Origin: Lytechinus pictus
Taxonomy: Eukaryota
Direction: 5' to 3'
NCBI RefSeq assembly: GCF_037042905.1
Contig: NC_087250.1
Span: forward strand, 13,704,001-13,768,000
DNA length: 64,000 nt
Under the pieces are notes generated by a model. That model ran no database searches. It was not told where the DNA came from and was given only the letters and a program-made list of their open reading frames with translations. Made by a program: the position numbers and the translations under genes. Positions 12,755 through 25,235 of this stretch are shown here, piece after piece. How positions within the stretch are numbered: the first letter of the stretch is position 1; every line of letters begins with the position of its first letter.

Positions 12755-12967
12755 TTAAACACTGTATTATCAATGTATAAAAATTATGTTGTATTTATTA
12801 TGAAACTTGGTGCCAGTTCATATTTCCCAATCGAAAGGAGGTGAAGGGGGGGGGGGGGGAGGGTAGGTATGCATGTAGGTTTCAGCATCCAGTTTGGCAG
12901 CCGTTTGGTAATAGTACATTGCAGATTGAATTACTTCTGCATATTATGCCAATCGCTATTGCTTATG

Positions 12968-14545
12968 CAGAGCTGCCAACCATTACGTTTTTGCCGTAAT
13001 CATTACGTTTTTTCATTCAAATTCCGGCATTATGGTTTTTCTTTTCAAATTACGTTTTTTGACAATTTTGATAATGTGTGTACAGAATTGTATGTATGTG
13101 GAGTGCGTGTTGAGCCCGAGATGAGCCTGGTACTTGCGCGTGCGTAGTCGCCCGCCGGCCGGTTTTCCAACGCACTTTAATAATTTGATAGCGTGCACGT
13201 ACATATACGTTAGTTGAATATGCGAGCGGCATGCATGGTACGAATCGCGATGTATAGCGACTGGTAAATACGTCTGTAAGGATGATGACGTCATCCAAGA
13301 TGGCAACTTACGATGACAAACGAAAGGATCGAGGATGATTATGTTTTGACGGGCGGTACTGTCTGGTTAATTTTCATCAACTCGTATCAAACAAATACGA
13401 TGAATTCGGCTGTGAAAAGACCTGGAAAGCTCTTCATTGTCCCCTGAAGTAATAATTCTGGGTGATATTCAACATTTATTGATAGTTTTACATGATTTAT
13501 ACTATAGAGATGTCCTACTGCCTTTGGAATTCATTAAAAAAGTCGGCACTTTAGCATTCAGTTTAGCAGGAATGGGAAGATTTCTTCCCCAGTTCTGGCG
13601 GCCTAGATGTCTGCTCTATAGTGCTGTCACTGCTGGGGATGATTGAGTGTGCGTGCAGTGTGATTGAGGCTGAGCTGTGCACATGGTGAAGTGATTTACG
13701 ATGGGACTTTTGTGGAATGATTTCAACTTCTTATCTATACCTAGATCTATTTGAATTTTAGATTAGATTGATTTATGAATAATTTTTCTATATTTGTGGA
13801 ATGTTACATGTACACTTCCATTTTATGACACTTTAATTTTAAAGGGTACTGTTTGGCAAAAACAATGTTACTTCGGAAGAGAAGTCTGAATTGATGTCAC
13901 CTTTTTTTTTTCTTTCTCTTAGTCTACAATTTGGTAGTTTTGTCAGGAAACTCAACATAAAACAATTAATTATTTTAGAAGTGGAAAGGAAGCCCTAAAA
14001 ATGTTCACCAGAACTGATTTTGGTGCCCCTGAATTCCTGAAAGAATTTTTTCTCGACAGATCTTCACTTTGATAAGTGCCGGAGTAGGTTGCACTACAAA
14101 ATGAAAGGCCTACTTGTCATTTTTAGAAAAATTTGCCTAGGTGCCCATTTGACTAGAATAAAAGTGGCCTTGATACCCCTTGAAATTTTGGGGCATCCAA
14201 GGCCACTTTGCTGGTTGCCCCAAACTGAAAGTGCCCATTTAAAAATGGCCTTGCCCCTCTCAATTCTTAATTCAAGCCCTGCTACTGACTTAATTAAAGT
14301 TGGTAGATTATATCAAATGGCCCAAGACTAAGCTGGGTCCAATTTGTAACACTCCGTTACTTAGCCCAGACTAGGCCTAGAGATTAACTTTTTTTAAATT
14401 GTTCACTGCATACATACTTTTTGCATTGGATGTTTGTCGCATGTGGTTTTAAGGTTCGTTTTAACACATTCCTTTTTTTTGTTGGAAATTCCTTTTTTTG
14501 GCCATAATGATTCCTTTTTCTGCTTGCACAAGGTTGGCAGCTCTG
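12968..14545. mobile_element. Non-autonomous hAT-like element with a 6-bp TSD
   Basis: CTTATG|CAGAGCTGCCAACC ... GGTTGGCAGCTCTG|CTTATG. Confidence 0.8.
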
Positions 14546-14757
14546 CTTATGAGACTTGTTGTACTCATTGGTCTTAGAGTAAAGATTTGCGACATTTTCT
14601 GAATGTATCAGATACTGCATTTCTATTGTACTTGTGTTAAAGATCTAGATAGTTTAATGCAATATATTGGTGATAAGATGCTATTGCATTCACTGTATGT
14701 GTACATGTATGTTGACCTCTTCTAATTTGACTTCCTTGTTTTTCTTTTTGATTCCAG

Positions 14758-14851
14758 TGGTGGACTTCTTCAACAGAATTAACCTCATTTACGGGACGGT
14801 GTGTGAGTTTTGCAGTGCTGATACATGCCCCATCATGAGTGGGGGTCCAAG
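14758..14851 (+). CDS. MOB3: MOB3-like coding exon ([32 protein letters not shown])
   Basis: Polypyrimidine tract plus cAG acceptor; GTAAGT donor at 14852; 94 nt, phase consistent. Contains the MOB Zn-binding Cys pair. Confidence 0.95.
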
Positions 14852-17800
14852 GTAAGTGTCAACATCATGAGCTGCAATCCCGGGGGGGGGGGGGGATGTT
14901 CCCCCCTCGATTTTCAAAACTTAAAGGTAAAAAAAGAGTAGTTGCAGCAAACAATTATTTCATGAGAAAGTCTTTTAAATCAAGGTTAATTGTCAAAATA
15001 TTATACATCTAGATCTGGTATATTAATGTCAACTTTGTAAAATCATGAAATCTTAGCCCCAAATCGATAATGCTGATAATCACTTACACAAAAAAGCATA
15101 TGTGGGACAGTATGTATTACATTTGATGGAATTTCCTTATTTTGCTATTTTCTCAGCAATTACATACAAACAGCAATTACATACAAACTCTTTGGTGGTA
15201 ATATTGGATTCTGTTCGAACTCATTTTGAGATCGTTACCATAAACTGGTATTTATTTTAAAAAAATTTTATTGTAATTTTTACAAGTTTGATATTTTGTA
15301 TTTTCTCACCTTCCCAAGAGATAAATGTGATGGAAGTAAACTATCAAAGTTCTTAAATGCTGGAGAAGCAGGGCAAACGTCAATCAACACCCCAAATCAA
15401 CCAGAAGTTATACACCATGATGCTGTATGTGTACTTGGTTGATTTTGACATGCCCAGAAGGATTTCACACGATTATGTTCCACTAAATCGCCGCTACAGG
15501 TCCACTGCCCCGTCTTGATACAGAGTTACGATTGATAAAATCAATCACAATACAAAGTTATGATTGATCCAATCAATCACAACTGCATGGTAAATGTGAG
15601 GATGAGAACTTGCATGTGGTAAAGGTGCTACTATGTTGCTGTCAAACCGACGGAACACAACTAGTTTGAATGACTCTATATGAACCATTGATAATGGGAC
15701 AGTTTCATTCTTGCATTGTGCTTTTAGATAGTTTGTACAGTAACTTGGCCTTACAGTCTGAAGATTTTAGCTTAGTGGGGGCAGTATCGTCATTACTAGG
15801 CCGACACTATGCTTTACATAAAAATAAGAAATCTAACCTTCAATCTCATAGTACCCTAAATAGTCCGGGTTGTAATTGAGCAAGGTGCCACACGGAAAAG
15901 GAGAAATTTTCATATAGTGCTTCTAGACCAGTTTTTTTACGCTGAATATGAATATATGAGGTAACCAGGCTGTATCCTGAAAATTAACCCGTGAGGGCGC
16001 TTTTTTCAAAATGGCCGCCAAATTTTCAGAACATTTGAATTTTCGTACATAGATTTTGACATAAACATTCCTTTGCCACAAAATTAGTGTCATATGAAAG
16101 ACAAATAAATTTCCTACAATTTGGTACCATTTATAGGGGATAAGTAGGTCATTTGGCTGAGATTTTAAGTAGAAAACTGCATTTTTTGTCATTTTTTCCA
16201 AAAAATTGAAAATTTTGCAAATACATGATTTTACATAATTCTAAGAAAAATGAATCAATTACCTTGAAATGTTCCAGAAAACTTTATTGATATACTATTA
16301 TCATGTGGATGAAATTCCAATTCTGTATCATTCTTCTTAGCAAATTTATAAGGTATCAAACTTGAATACTTCAATTTCGGAAATGTCGCTTTTTGTATGC
16401 ATTTCCATAGACTAATACGTATAACATGTATAATATGTATAATGTATAGTTAAAAATTAAATGCAATTATCTCCGCTCGTTAATCACTTGGATAGTTAAG
16501 AGTAGGATTTTCTCTATCAGCTAAATAAACAAAATGTTTGCACATCAAGGCCTAACACTCTCATGGGGGGGGGGGGTCTTGAACCTCCCCCCCCCCCCTT
16601 GGCTATATCATGTTGTTGTATATTGCCTATTTATTGGAAAATCACCATTTTTTTAAGCACCCATTGAGACAAAAGACATTTCTGCTATACAGTACAGCCA
16701 CTTTAATTACTTTGAAACCACTTGGAGAGGAAAAGAGTAAGCTATGTTCTACCAGCTACATCAAAAGAAGTGGCACCTACATCGAATCCAACCCCTCTCA
16801 GGGGGGGGGGGGAGGCGCTGGGGAAGTCACTCCTCCCCCTTTTGCTTATTGCCAATTTATTCGGAAATTCACCATTTTGGACCCAACATTGAGGCAAAAA
16901 AGCGTTTGTGCCTTATAGTATTTTATTGCTTTGAGAAAGTAGAGTTCGTTCTACCAGCTACATAAATAAGCGCTAGCACATCGAACCCTAGCCCTCTCAG
17001 GGGATGTCTAGGTCACCCCCTCCTCTATATCATGTACAAAATATTGCCTATTTATTGAAAATTTCACCATATTGGATCACCCATTGAGGCATAAAGGCGT
17101 TTCTATATACCATACATCCAATTTTGTTTTCTTGCAATTACTTGGAGAGAAAAGCGTAGGCTTTGCTCTATCAGCTACATATTATTAAGAAGCGCTGGCA
17201 CATCGAAACCTACCCCTCTCAGGGGCTGTCTAAGTCAACCCCTCCCCCTCTATATCATGTATATTGCCTATTTATTGGAAATTACACCATTTTGAATCGC
17301 CCATTGAGGCAAAAGTGCGTTTCTAGTATATAGTACAGCCAATTTCATTTTCTTGCAATGAATTGGAGAGGGAAGAGTAGGCTTTGCTCTATCAGCTACA
17401 TATAAACAAGTGCTTGCAAAGAAAAGCCTACCCCCTCCGGGAAGCTGTTGAAATCACCCCATCCCTTTTGAAGCCCCCATTTAAGCAAAAAGGCGTTTCT
17501 GATATATAGTTCTGCCACTTTTACTGCCTTGAAACCACTGAGGGAGGAAAAAATAGGTTTTGCTTTATCAGCCACATATAAAGAAGTGCAGGCAAATAAA
17601 AACCTACCCCCTACGGGAGGCTGTTGAAATCACCCCATCCCTTTTGCATTATTGCCTATTTATTGGAAAATTAACCATTTTGGAGCCCCCATTTAGGCAA
17701 AAAGGCATTCCCGATATATACATGTAGTTCTGCCACTATTACTGCCTTGAAACCACTTAGGGAGGAAAGAATATGTTTTGCTTTATCAGCCACATATAAA

Positions 17801-18423
17801 GAAGTGCAGGCAAATGAAAGCCTACTTTCTTCAGGGTACTGTCGAAATTACCCCCCCTTGAAATTCTCCATTTTGGAGCCCCCATTGAGGCTAAAAGGCG
17901 TTTCTGATATATAGTTCTGCCACTTTTACTGCCTTGAAACCACTTGGGGAGGAAAGAATAGGTTTTGCTTTATCAGCCACATATAAAGAAGTGCAGGCAA
18001 ATAAAAGCCTACCCCCTCCAGGAGGCTGTCGAAATCACCCATCCCTTTTGCATTATTGCCTATTTATTGAAAAAATCACCACTTTGGAGCCCCCATTGAG
18101 GCAGAAAGTCATTTCTGATTATGTTTCTGCCGTTTTTCACCCTTGAAAACACTTGGAGAGAAAAAGAATAGGCTTTGATTTAACAGCTACATATAAAGAC
18201 ATGCTCGCAAATAAAAGCCTATCCCCATCAGAGGGCTGTTGAAATCACCCCACCCCTTTTTCATTATTGCTTATTTGGAAAATTCACCATTTTGGAGCCC
18301 CCTTTGAGGCAAAAAGGCGGTTCTGATATATAGTTCTGCCACTATTACCGCCTTGAAACTACTTGGAGAGGAAAGAGTAGGCTTTCCTCTAACAGCTACA
18401 TATAAAGAAGTAGCTCTACTATA

Positions 18424-19661
18424 CCGTAAGTAACGGTGTATTAACCGCACCTTTTTCTCGGCGGGACAGAATCAAAAGTCGGGGGTGCGGTTTATACACG
18501 GTGACAGGTCTGAGCCAAGCCAATCTCAGCCCGATACCACTACCAGTTTTCAACTCGCGTCGGGTGGGCGAGCGTAGCCGCTTGGGGCAATCCCGTTTAG
18601 AGGGGTATGAGCCGCGGGTATAAAAGGGAAGCAACTATGACTACCGGTATCTACCGTAAATGTCCCTCAAAGTTATATCACGGTAACAAACGCACCTACC
18701 TTCATGAAACTGACTTTTTTTAATGGTGTGACTCTGTCTTTGTTGTCATTTTTTAGTCATCGCGGCAAAGTTCAGACGCCAATCGATCACACAGCGCGGT
18801 GCAGCTAGCCGAATAAGACATGCATGTGTAATGTTTATCCCAACGTCAACGTAAGCTGGCGCTTTACCTTTCCGTGGAAGTTATTTTGTTTGACAAATTA
18901 TTGGTATTATTTGACAATTAATTTCTTTCATTTGCTTTTCCTTCATTTCTCTCTATCATCCATCATCTCAAAATCAGTCTTCAATCCCCATCTTCACTCC
19001 TTCCGACTTTTTATTTTTAATTATTATTCACTTTATTCCCGCCCAGAGCTCCCATTGAAAATACGGTATACCGGTACTAGCATTTTTTTTCCTATTTTGC
19101 TGTCTGTAAGATACCGCCACACACGTACTGTGAACTACCGGTAGTGGTTCAAAGCAGACAAGAAAAACACCTGAACAAAATCGCAAATTTCTCGTATCTT
19201 GAACCTTCCCATATTCCCTTGTCTAAAATTCATGTCAAGACATTGAATGCTAGACAGAATTCTGAAAGCAAAAGTGGGGCTGTGATGCAGGAAATATGAT
19301 ATGAACGATCTTCTGGTATGGGTGAGCCCCCATGTTGATGCTGGTATCGGTACTTGCAATGAACACCGGTACCATATGTGTGTGTGTGAGGTGAGTGTGG
19401 AAGTGGCCAATAATGTCGGCAACTTGCAGATAAGTGACGAAGCGCTGATTTCCCATCATTTTTTACCAGTAATTCTTCGATATTTTTTGGTTCTTGACTC
19501 TTTCTTAAATACGTATATTAGAGATAGAAAGTAAGTTTGATAAAAAAAAAATTTGATGAATTTTTTTTTTTTTTTTGATGATTTTTTTTTTTTTTTTTTT
19601 TCATCCGAAAATGGGGGGTGCGGTCAATACACGGGTGCGGTTAATACACCGTTACTTACGG
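18424..19661. mobile_element. Tc1/mariner (pogo)-like non-autonomous element nested in the Academ-like element
   Basis: TA|CCGTAAGTAACGGTGTATTAACCGCACC ... GGTGCGGTTAATACACCGTTACTTACGG|TA; perfect 28-bp TIR. Confidence 0.85.
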
Positions 19662-20935
19662 TATACCAAACACACGTTTTTTGCCTCAATGGGGGCTCCA
19701 AACTCCAAAATGGTGAGTTTTCCAATGAATTGGCAAAAATCGTAAAAAAGGTGGGGTAACATCTATAGTCCCCTCAAGCATGTCAAGTGGGCCAGGCTTC
19801 GATATGGCAGCAATTTGTTATATAATTTATAGCTGAAAGAGGGGAACCTACTCTTTCCTCTCCAAGTGGTTTCAAGAAAGAGAAATTGGGTGTTTTATAC
19901 AGCAGAAGTGCATATCACCTCAATGGATGCTCAAAAATGGTAAATTTTCAAATAATTAGGCAATAATGCAAGAGGGATGGGGTGATTTGACAGCCGCCCA
20001 GATGGGTATGCTTCAATGTGCCAGCACTTCTTTAGAGAGCAAAGCATATTCTGTCCACCTTAATTGGTTTCAAGGCAGTAAAAGTGGCAGAACTATATAT
20101 CAGAGATGCCTTTTTACCTCAATGGGGGCTCAAAAATGGTGAATTTCCAATAAATAGGCAATAACGCAAAGGGGTGAGGGGGCTGATTTCGACAGCCCCC
20201 AGAAGGGGTAGGCTTTTATTTGCCACCACAAAATTATGTAGCTGATAGAGCAAAGCCTATTCTTTCCTCTCTAAGTGGTTTCAAGGCAATAAAATGGGGT
20301 GTACAACAAAGCACAAACGCTCTATGGCCTCAATGTTGGTTCAAAAATTGTGAATTTTCAAATAAATATGCAATATTAAGCAAAAGCCCCCCCCCCCCCG
20401 AGAGGGGTAGGCTTCGATGTGCCACTTCTTTGGATGTAGCTGGTAGAACAAAGCCTACTCTTTCCTCTCCAAGTGGTTTCAAAGTAATCAACGTGGCTCT
20501 ACAGTATAGTAGAAATGCCTGTTTTTGCTTCAATGGGTGCTCCAAAAAACAGTGATTTTTTCCAACAAATAGGCAATATACAACAACATGATATAACCAA
20601 GGGGGGGGCTTCAACACCCCCACCCCATGAGAGTGTTAGGCCTTGATGTGCCAACATTCTGTTTTATGTAGCTAGAAGAGAAAATCCTACTCTTAACTAT
20701 CCAAGTGATTAATGAGCGGAGATAATTGCATTTAATTTTTAACTATACATTATACATATTATACATGTCATATGTATTAGTCTATGGAAATGCATACAAA
20801 AAGCGACATTTCTGAAATTGAAGTATTCAAGTTTGATACCTTATAAATTTGCTAAGAAAAATGATGCAGAATTTGAATTTCATCCACATGATAATAGTAT
20901 ATCAATAAAGTTTTCTGGAACATTTCAAGGTAATT

Positions 20936-21648
20936 CTCGCTACCCCAAATAGGAACAAAAATCTCATAATGCGCGAGACGAGATAATTTTCACTCCGTCG
21001 GGTCGTCATCACCACTTCCGGTTTAGAGTCATGCTCGCGCGAGGTTCGCGATACTGAGTTTTCCAGCACGCTGAAATCGATGCCAATCAGCGTAATATGT
21101 ACAGAGTATAATACTTTTTATTACATTTGGTCAGTTTTGATTCCATTTGAATTATAAATTAAAAAAAATATATATTTCGCGTGAGTATAATTTTTATTCA
21201 TGTTTTTATTTGGTTATAAAAAAATCAAACAAATAATGAATATCTTAAAATTTTGCATTTAGCGACCGGCCTGACATCACGATCGTATTCAACTAGACAC
21301 TAAATATATTCAGCATTCATTTCGTTCAATTTTTCGTCGACCACAAAATGGATAAAAATCAGTTTCGGAACTTAAAAAAATCTTAACTGACAGATGAATA
21401 CCGTGCAATGGAAAGCGTCAGGCAGAATTAGTGACTCTTGCAGAAAAGGCTGTAAAACTGTTAGTGAAAGAGAGGGTTGTGATCACGAACTTTCCGAGCG
21501 AAAGCTACGTTGTGTTGTTGTGCATGACGGCACTGTTGATCTGACTTCCGAACAGGAAGTTGTAATACCGAAAAAGCTATCCCATAATGCAATGCACGTT
21601 ACAGGGATTTTCCCGGATCTCGGCGAAATCGCTATTTGGGGTAGCGAG
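20936..21648. mobile_element. Sola1-like non-autonomous element nested in the right arm of the Academ-like element
   Basis: AATT|CTCGCTACCCCAAATAG ... CTATTTGGGGTAGCGAG|AATT; the left arm (16250-16270) preserves the empty site. Confidence 0.85.
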
Positions 21649-22476
21649 AATTGATTCATTTTTCTTAGAATTATGCAAAATCATCATCAATTTTTGGGAA
21701 AAAATGACAAAAAATGCAGTTTTCTACGTAAAATCTCAGCCAAATGACCTACTTATCCCCTATAAATGGTACCAAATTGTAGGAAATTTATTTGTCTTTC
21801 ATATGACACTAATTTTGTGGCAATGGAATGTTTAAGTCAAAATCTATGTACGAAAATTCAAATGTTCTAAAAATTTGGCGGCCATTTTGAAAAAAGCGCC
21901 CTCACGGGTTAATTTTCAGGATACAGCCTGGTTACCTCATATATTCATATTCAGCGTAAAAAACTGATCTAGAAGCACTATATGAAAATTTATCCTTTTC
22001 CATGTGGCACCTTGCTCAATTATAACCCGGACTAAAACAGGTATTTTGTCATGTTTCCCCTATTCTGAATAACATCTCAAATATTTTACTTTAACGGTAG
22101 GGTGCAAAAGTATTCCCTTTTCCTTGATTTGGGGCAATTTTGATACCCTTTGTCACTACGAGTTCCAGCCTTGGAAACGTCCTGTGGGAGACCTCACAAG
22201 ACATCGGGGGGGGGGGGGGTAAGTATCAAAGAAGGCCCCCAAAAATGTTAAACATCACCAACATTGACCCAAATGACAGGTCAGTATGGAAGAGGGCCAT
22301 CAAGGAAGTGAACAGACCAACCCTACAAAGTGAAGAAAAAAAGACTTTGAATACTGATGATGGGGGAGGGGGGGGGGGATTAAAGCAAAGTGTCTACATT
22401 GTAATGACAGCACCCCCCCCCCCCAACCCATGAGTACAATGATGAAGCCTTATCGTTTGTCATGTTTTATTTATAG

Positions 22477-22610
22477 GTATGAATACATGTGGATGGATGG
22501 AGAGAAATATAAGAAGCCCACAGCCCTCCCTGCAACAGACTATATCAACAATCTCATGGATTGGGTCGAACAACTCATCAATAATGAGAATATATTCCCT
22601 ATTAATACAG
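22477..22610 (+). CDS. MOB3: MOB3-like coding exon ([44 protein letters not shown])
   Basis: ttatAG acceptor; GTATAG donor at 22611; 134 nt, phase consistent; conserved MOB motif. Confidence 0.95.
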
Positions 22611-22802
22611 GTATAGTTTTATTGACCATATAAACAATGCCATCGACAATGAGAATATATTCCCTATTAATACAGGTATTGTTCTATCGACCATATATTA
22701 ACATTCTCATCAACAGTGAGAAGATATGAGAAGAACGTATAGCTTGAAACCATATTCCAGCCAATAGCCAAACGCTGTGAGAGTTAAAAGATGTAATATG
22801 CG

Positions 22803-22975
22803 TAATAATGATAATAATAATAATAGTAGTAGTAGTAGTAGTAGTAGTTGTTGTAGTAACAGTAGTAGTTGTAGTAATAGTAGTAGTAGTAGTAATAGTA
22901 AGAATAATAAGAATGATAATAATAATAATGATAATGATAATAATAATAATGATGATAATAATAATAATGATAATT
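22803..22975. repeat. (AAT)n/(AGT)n/(GAT)n microsatellite
   Basis: Directly visible. Confidence 0.95.
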
Positions 22976-23044
22976 AAAATAATTTCACACTGCCATGTAA
23001 GAGTAATCCTTCACTGTTTATTTTTTTGTTTTTTCCTTTTTCAG

Positions 23045-23160
23045 AGGTTAGTTTCCCTAAATCGTTTGTCTCCACATGTAAGAAGATGCTTACAAGATTA
23101 CACAGAGTTTTCATCCACGTCTACATCCATCACTTTGATAAACTCGTTGAGATCGGAGCG
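23045..23160 (+). CDS. MOB3: MOB3-like coding exon ([39 protein letters not shown])
   Basis: Long T tract plus cAG acceptor; GTAAGT donor at 23161; 116 nt. Contains the HVYIHHF Zn-binding His motif. Missed by the ORF track because this frame lacks an upstream start. Confidence 0.95.
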
Positions 23161-24140
23161 GTAAGTGCATGAAAATCGTATTTCAATAGGGAAATAGTCA
23201 AAGTTATTGCATTGGCAAATGGATTATATAATGATGAATGTATTGATAGATAGTAGTGTCCTCAGCCATGCTTACATCCATCACTTCGAAAAACTTGTTG
23301 GGATTTTAGCAGTAAGTGCATGAAAATCATATTACAAAAATATAGATTTTAGGGGAATAGTTAAAATTATTTCATTGGCAAATGGATTATATTTATAATG
23401 CTGAATATAATGATAGATAGTGTATTCAGCCATGTTCCATCACTTCAAAAACTTGTTGGGATTTGAGCGGTAAGTGCAGGATAATCATATAACAAAAATA
23501 TAGATTTTAGGGGAATAGTAAAAATTATTGCATTGGCAAATGGATTATATTTATAATGATAGATACTGTCTCCAGCCATGTTTACATCCATCACTGCGAA
23601 AAACTTGTTGGGATTTGAGCAGTAAGTGCATGAAAATCACATTACAAAAATATAGAATTTAGGGTAATAGTTAAAATTATTGCATTGGCCGAGGGTGCAT
23701 GATGGATAGAGTTTTTCCCTATACATCGCTTTGATAAACTTGTTGAGATTGCAACGGTAAGTAGGCGTTTCAGTTTGAAATGATTTTAATGATAATAGGC
23801 ATTTGTATAGCGCCATCTATCTAGAAACAATCTATTCCGAGGCGCATTGTTATTATTACAAAATCATATTACAAAATAGATTAGAGGGGAATAGTTGAAA
23901 TTATTGCATCAGCAGAAGGTCAATATATATGCTGTCTATATTCAGATGATGAAAAGAATATTAATCCTACATTCACCACTATGGTGAACTTGCTGAGATG
24001 GGAGTGGTAAGTGAATGAAGAGCAAATAATTTAAGATTTGATGCTGGGGAAATAGTTACAAGTATAGTATATCAGGGAATAGTTAAAACTATTGCATTGG
24101 AAGAGGGTGCATTATGCTGTCTACATTCAGAAGATGAAAA
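23115..24140 (+). repeat. Tandem array (about 150-bp unit) of a MOB3 exon 3' end + donor + proximal intron
   Basis: CATCCATCACTT...AAACT.GTTG.GAT...GC.GTAAGT unit repeated; donors at 23161, 23312, 23470, 23622, 23757, 24007. Confidence 0.9.
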
Positions 24141-24308
24141 CAGTTGGTAAAGGTATATGGGCAAACTTTCATTCTTGGCGAGCTGAATGTACATGGTTCC
24201 CCTTTGCTTTATATAGCTACATCAATATTGACTTTGAAGTGATAGTTTGCATTATTAACTGAAGTCAAAATGTGATTATTTGCTTTATATTTTGTGTCTG
24301 AAACCACA

Positions 24309-24487
24309 ACTGGGCGTTGTGGCGTATGCCTGTAATCCAAGCTATGTTGGGAAGTTACAAATTGATGCAGAGGTTCGGGGTTCGAGCCCTGGTCACGTCT
24401 TTTGGATGGTGACGTTAAAGGTCGGTCTAAGACGTAAATAATCATATCTGATTGATACATGTCTGACAAAACTCAAATACACACACA
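24309..24487 (+). mobile_element. Candidate 7SL(Alu-domain)-headed SINE
   Basis: Head ACTGGGCGTTGTGGCGTATGCCTGTAATCCAAGCTA, B-box-like GGTTCGAGCCC, and a (CA)n tail. Confidence 0.65.
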
Positions 24488-24676
24488 TTTAATTATAAAA
24501 GAGGAAACCGGTTTCTATACTTCTCTCCAACTGAAATATAAAAAACTCGAGGATTCCTTTGTACATTATTATTGCACTCTAGTCTTCAATGCTTGCTTTA
24601 CTGCTAGCATTTACATGTACGTGAACTGTGTAAATTACACTTTGTCATATGATTGACTTTTGATAGCAAGATTCTT

Positions 24677-24988
24677 GGGCCTGTATTCTGAAGTCGGGTT
24701 TAACTTAAACTCAGGTTTAAAGTTGTGGTTTAAGTATGGGAAGCCAAAAGTATCAATTTTTTTTATTAAGTTGTAGGTTTCTCCTGTTTACTGTGCTCTT
24801 TCCTGATTCATCGATGGTGAAGACAATAATTTTTCATACTTCCTAGACAATTATGAATGATTTGAGAGCCAAATGAGCTGAAATATGATATCTCTATTGT
24901 TAGTGATTTATGTAACAATTGGCTGTCCATACTTAAACCACAACTTTAAACCTAAGTCTAAATTAAATCCGACTTCAGAATACGGGCC
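24677..24988. mobile_element. Harbinger-like MITE (second copy at 29355-29665)
   Basis: GGCC(T/C)GTATTCTGAAGTC ... GACTTCAGAATACGGGCC TIRs. Confidence 0.8.
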
Positions 24989-25148
24989 ATGATATGCAAA
25001 ATGTGATCATTTATACCATGCTTGTCAGTCAAATTGTCAAAATTAAGTTTCATAAATGAAAAGAAAAATATATGAACAAAAATTATTACTATGATGAAAT
25101 GATAAATGTAATGATGGTGGATTGCTGTATTTCTTTTCTTCAATACAG

Positions 25149-25235
25149 GAAGCACACATAAACACATGCTACAAACACTTTTATTTCTTTGTGCATGAGT
25201 TCAACTTGGTTGATTCAAGAGAACTAGAACCTTTG
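25149..25235 (+). CDS. MOB3: MOB3-like coding exon ([29 protein letters not shown])
   Basis: tacAG acceptor; GTAAGT donor at 25236; 87 nt, phase 0-0. Matches the MOB3 C-terminal region EAH.NTCYKHF.....EF.L.D..ELEPL. Confidence 0.95.

Larger units (their letters stand above)
15861..22034. mobile_element. 6.2-kb non-autonomous Academ-like element with kb-scale TIRs and ~180-bp subterminal tandem repeats
   Basis: AAA|TAGTCCGGGTT ... AACCCGGACTA|AAA; arms align in reverse complement for roughly 1 kb; ~180-bp units at 16600-18415 and inverted at 19665-20600. Confidence 0.85.

Noticed and set aside
15861..22034. Autonomous transposon or hidden gene in the large intronic element
   Set aside because: No long ORF or recognisable transposase motif is present; the short ORFs derive from the tandem subterminal repeats.
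22777..23164. ORFs of 66 and 118 aa
   Set aside because: They are microsatellite-derived and in a different frame from the real MOB3 exon at 23045-23160.
24309..24487. Functional 7SL/SRP RNA gene, or human Alu contamination
   Set aside because: It is too short, with no recognisable S domain or 3' Alu strand. Similarity to Alu stops after about 45 nt, and the element is embedded in contiguous host intron.
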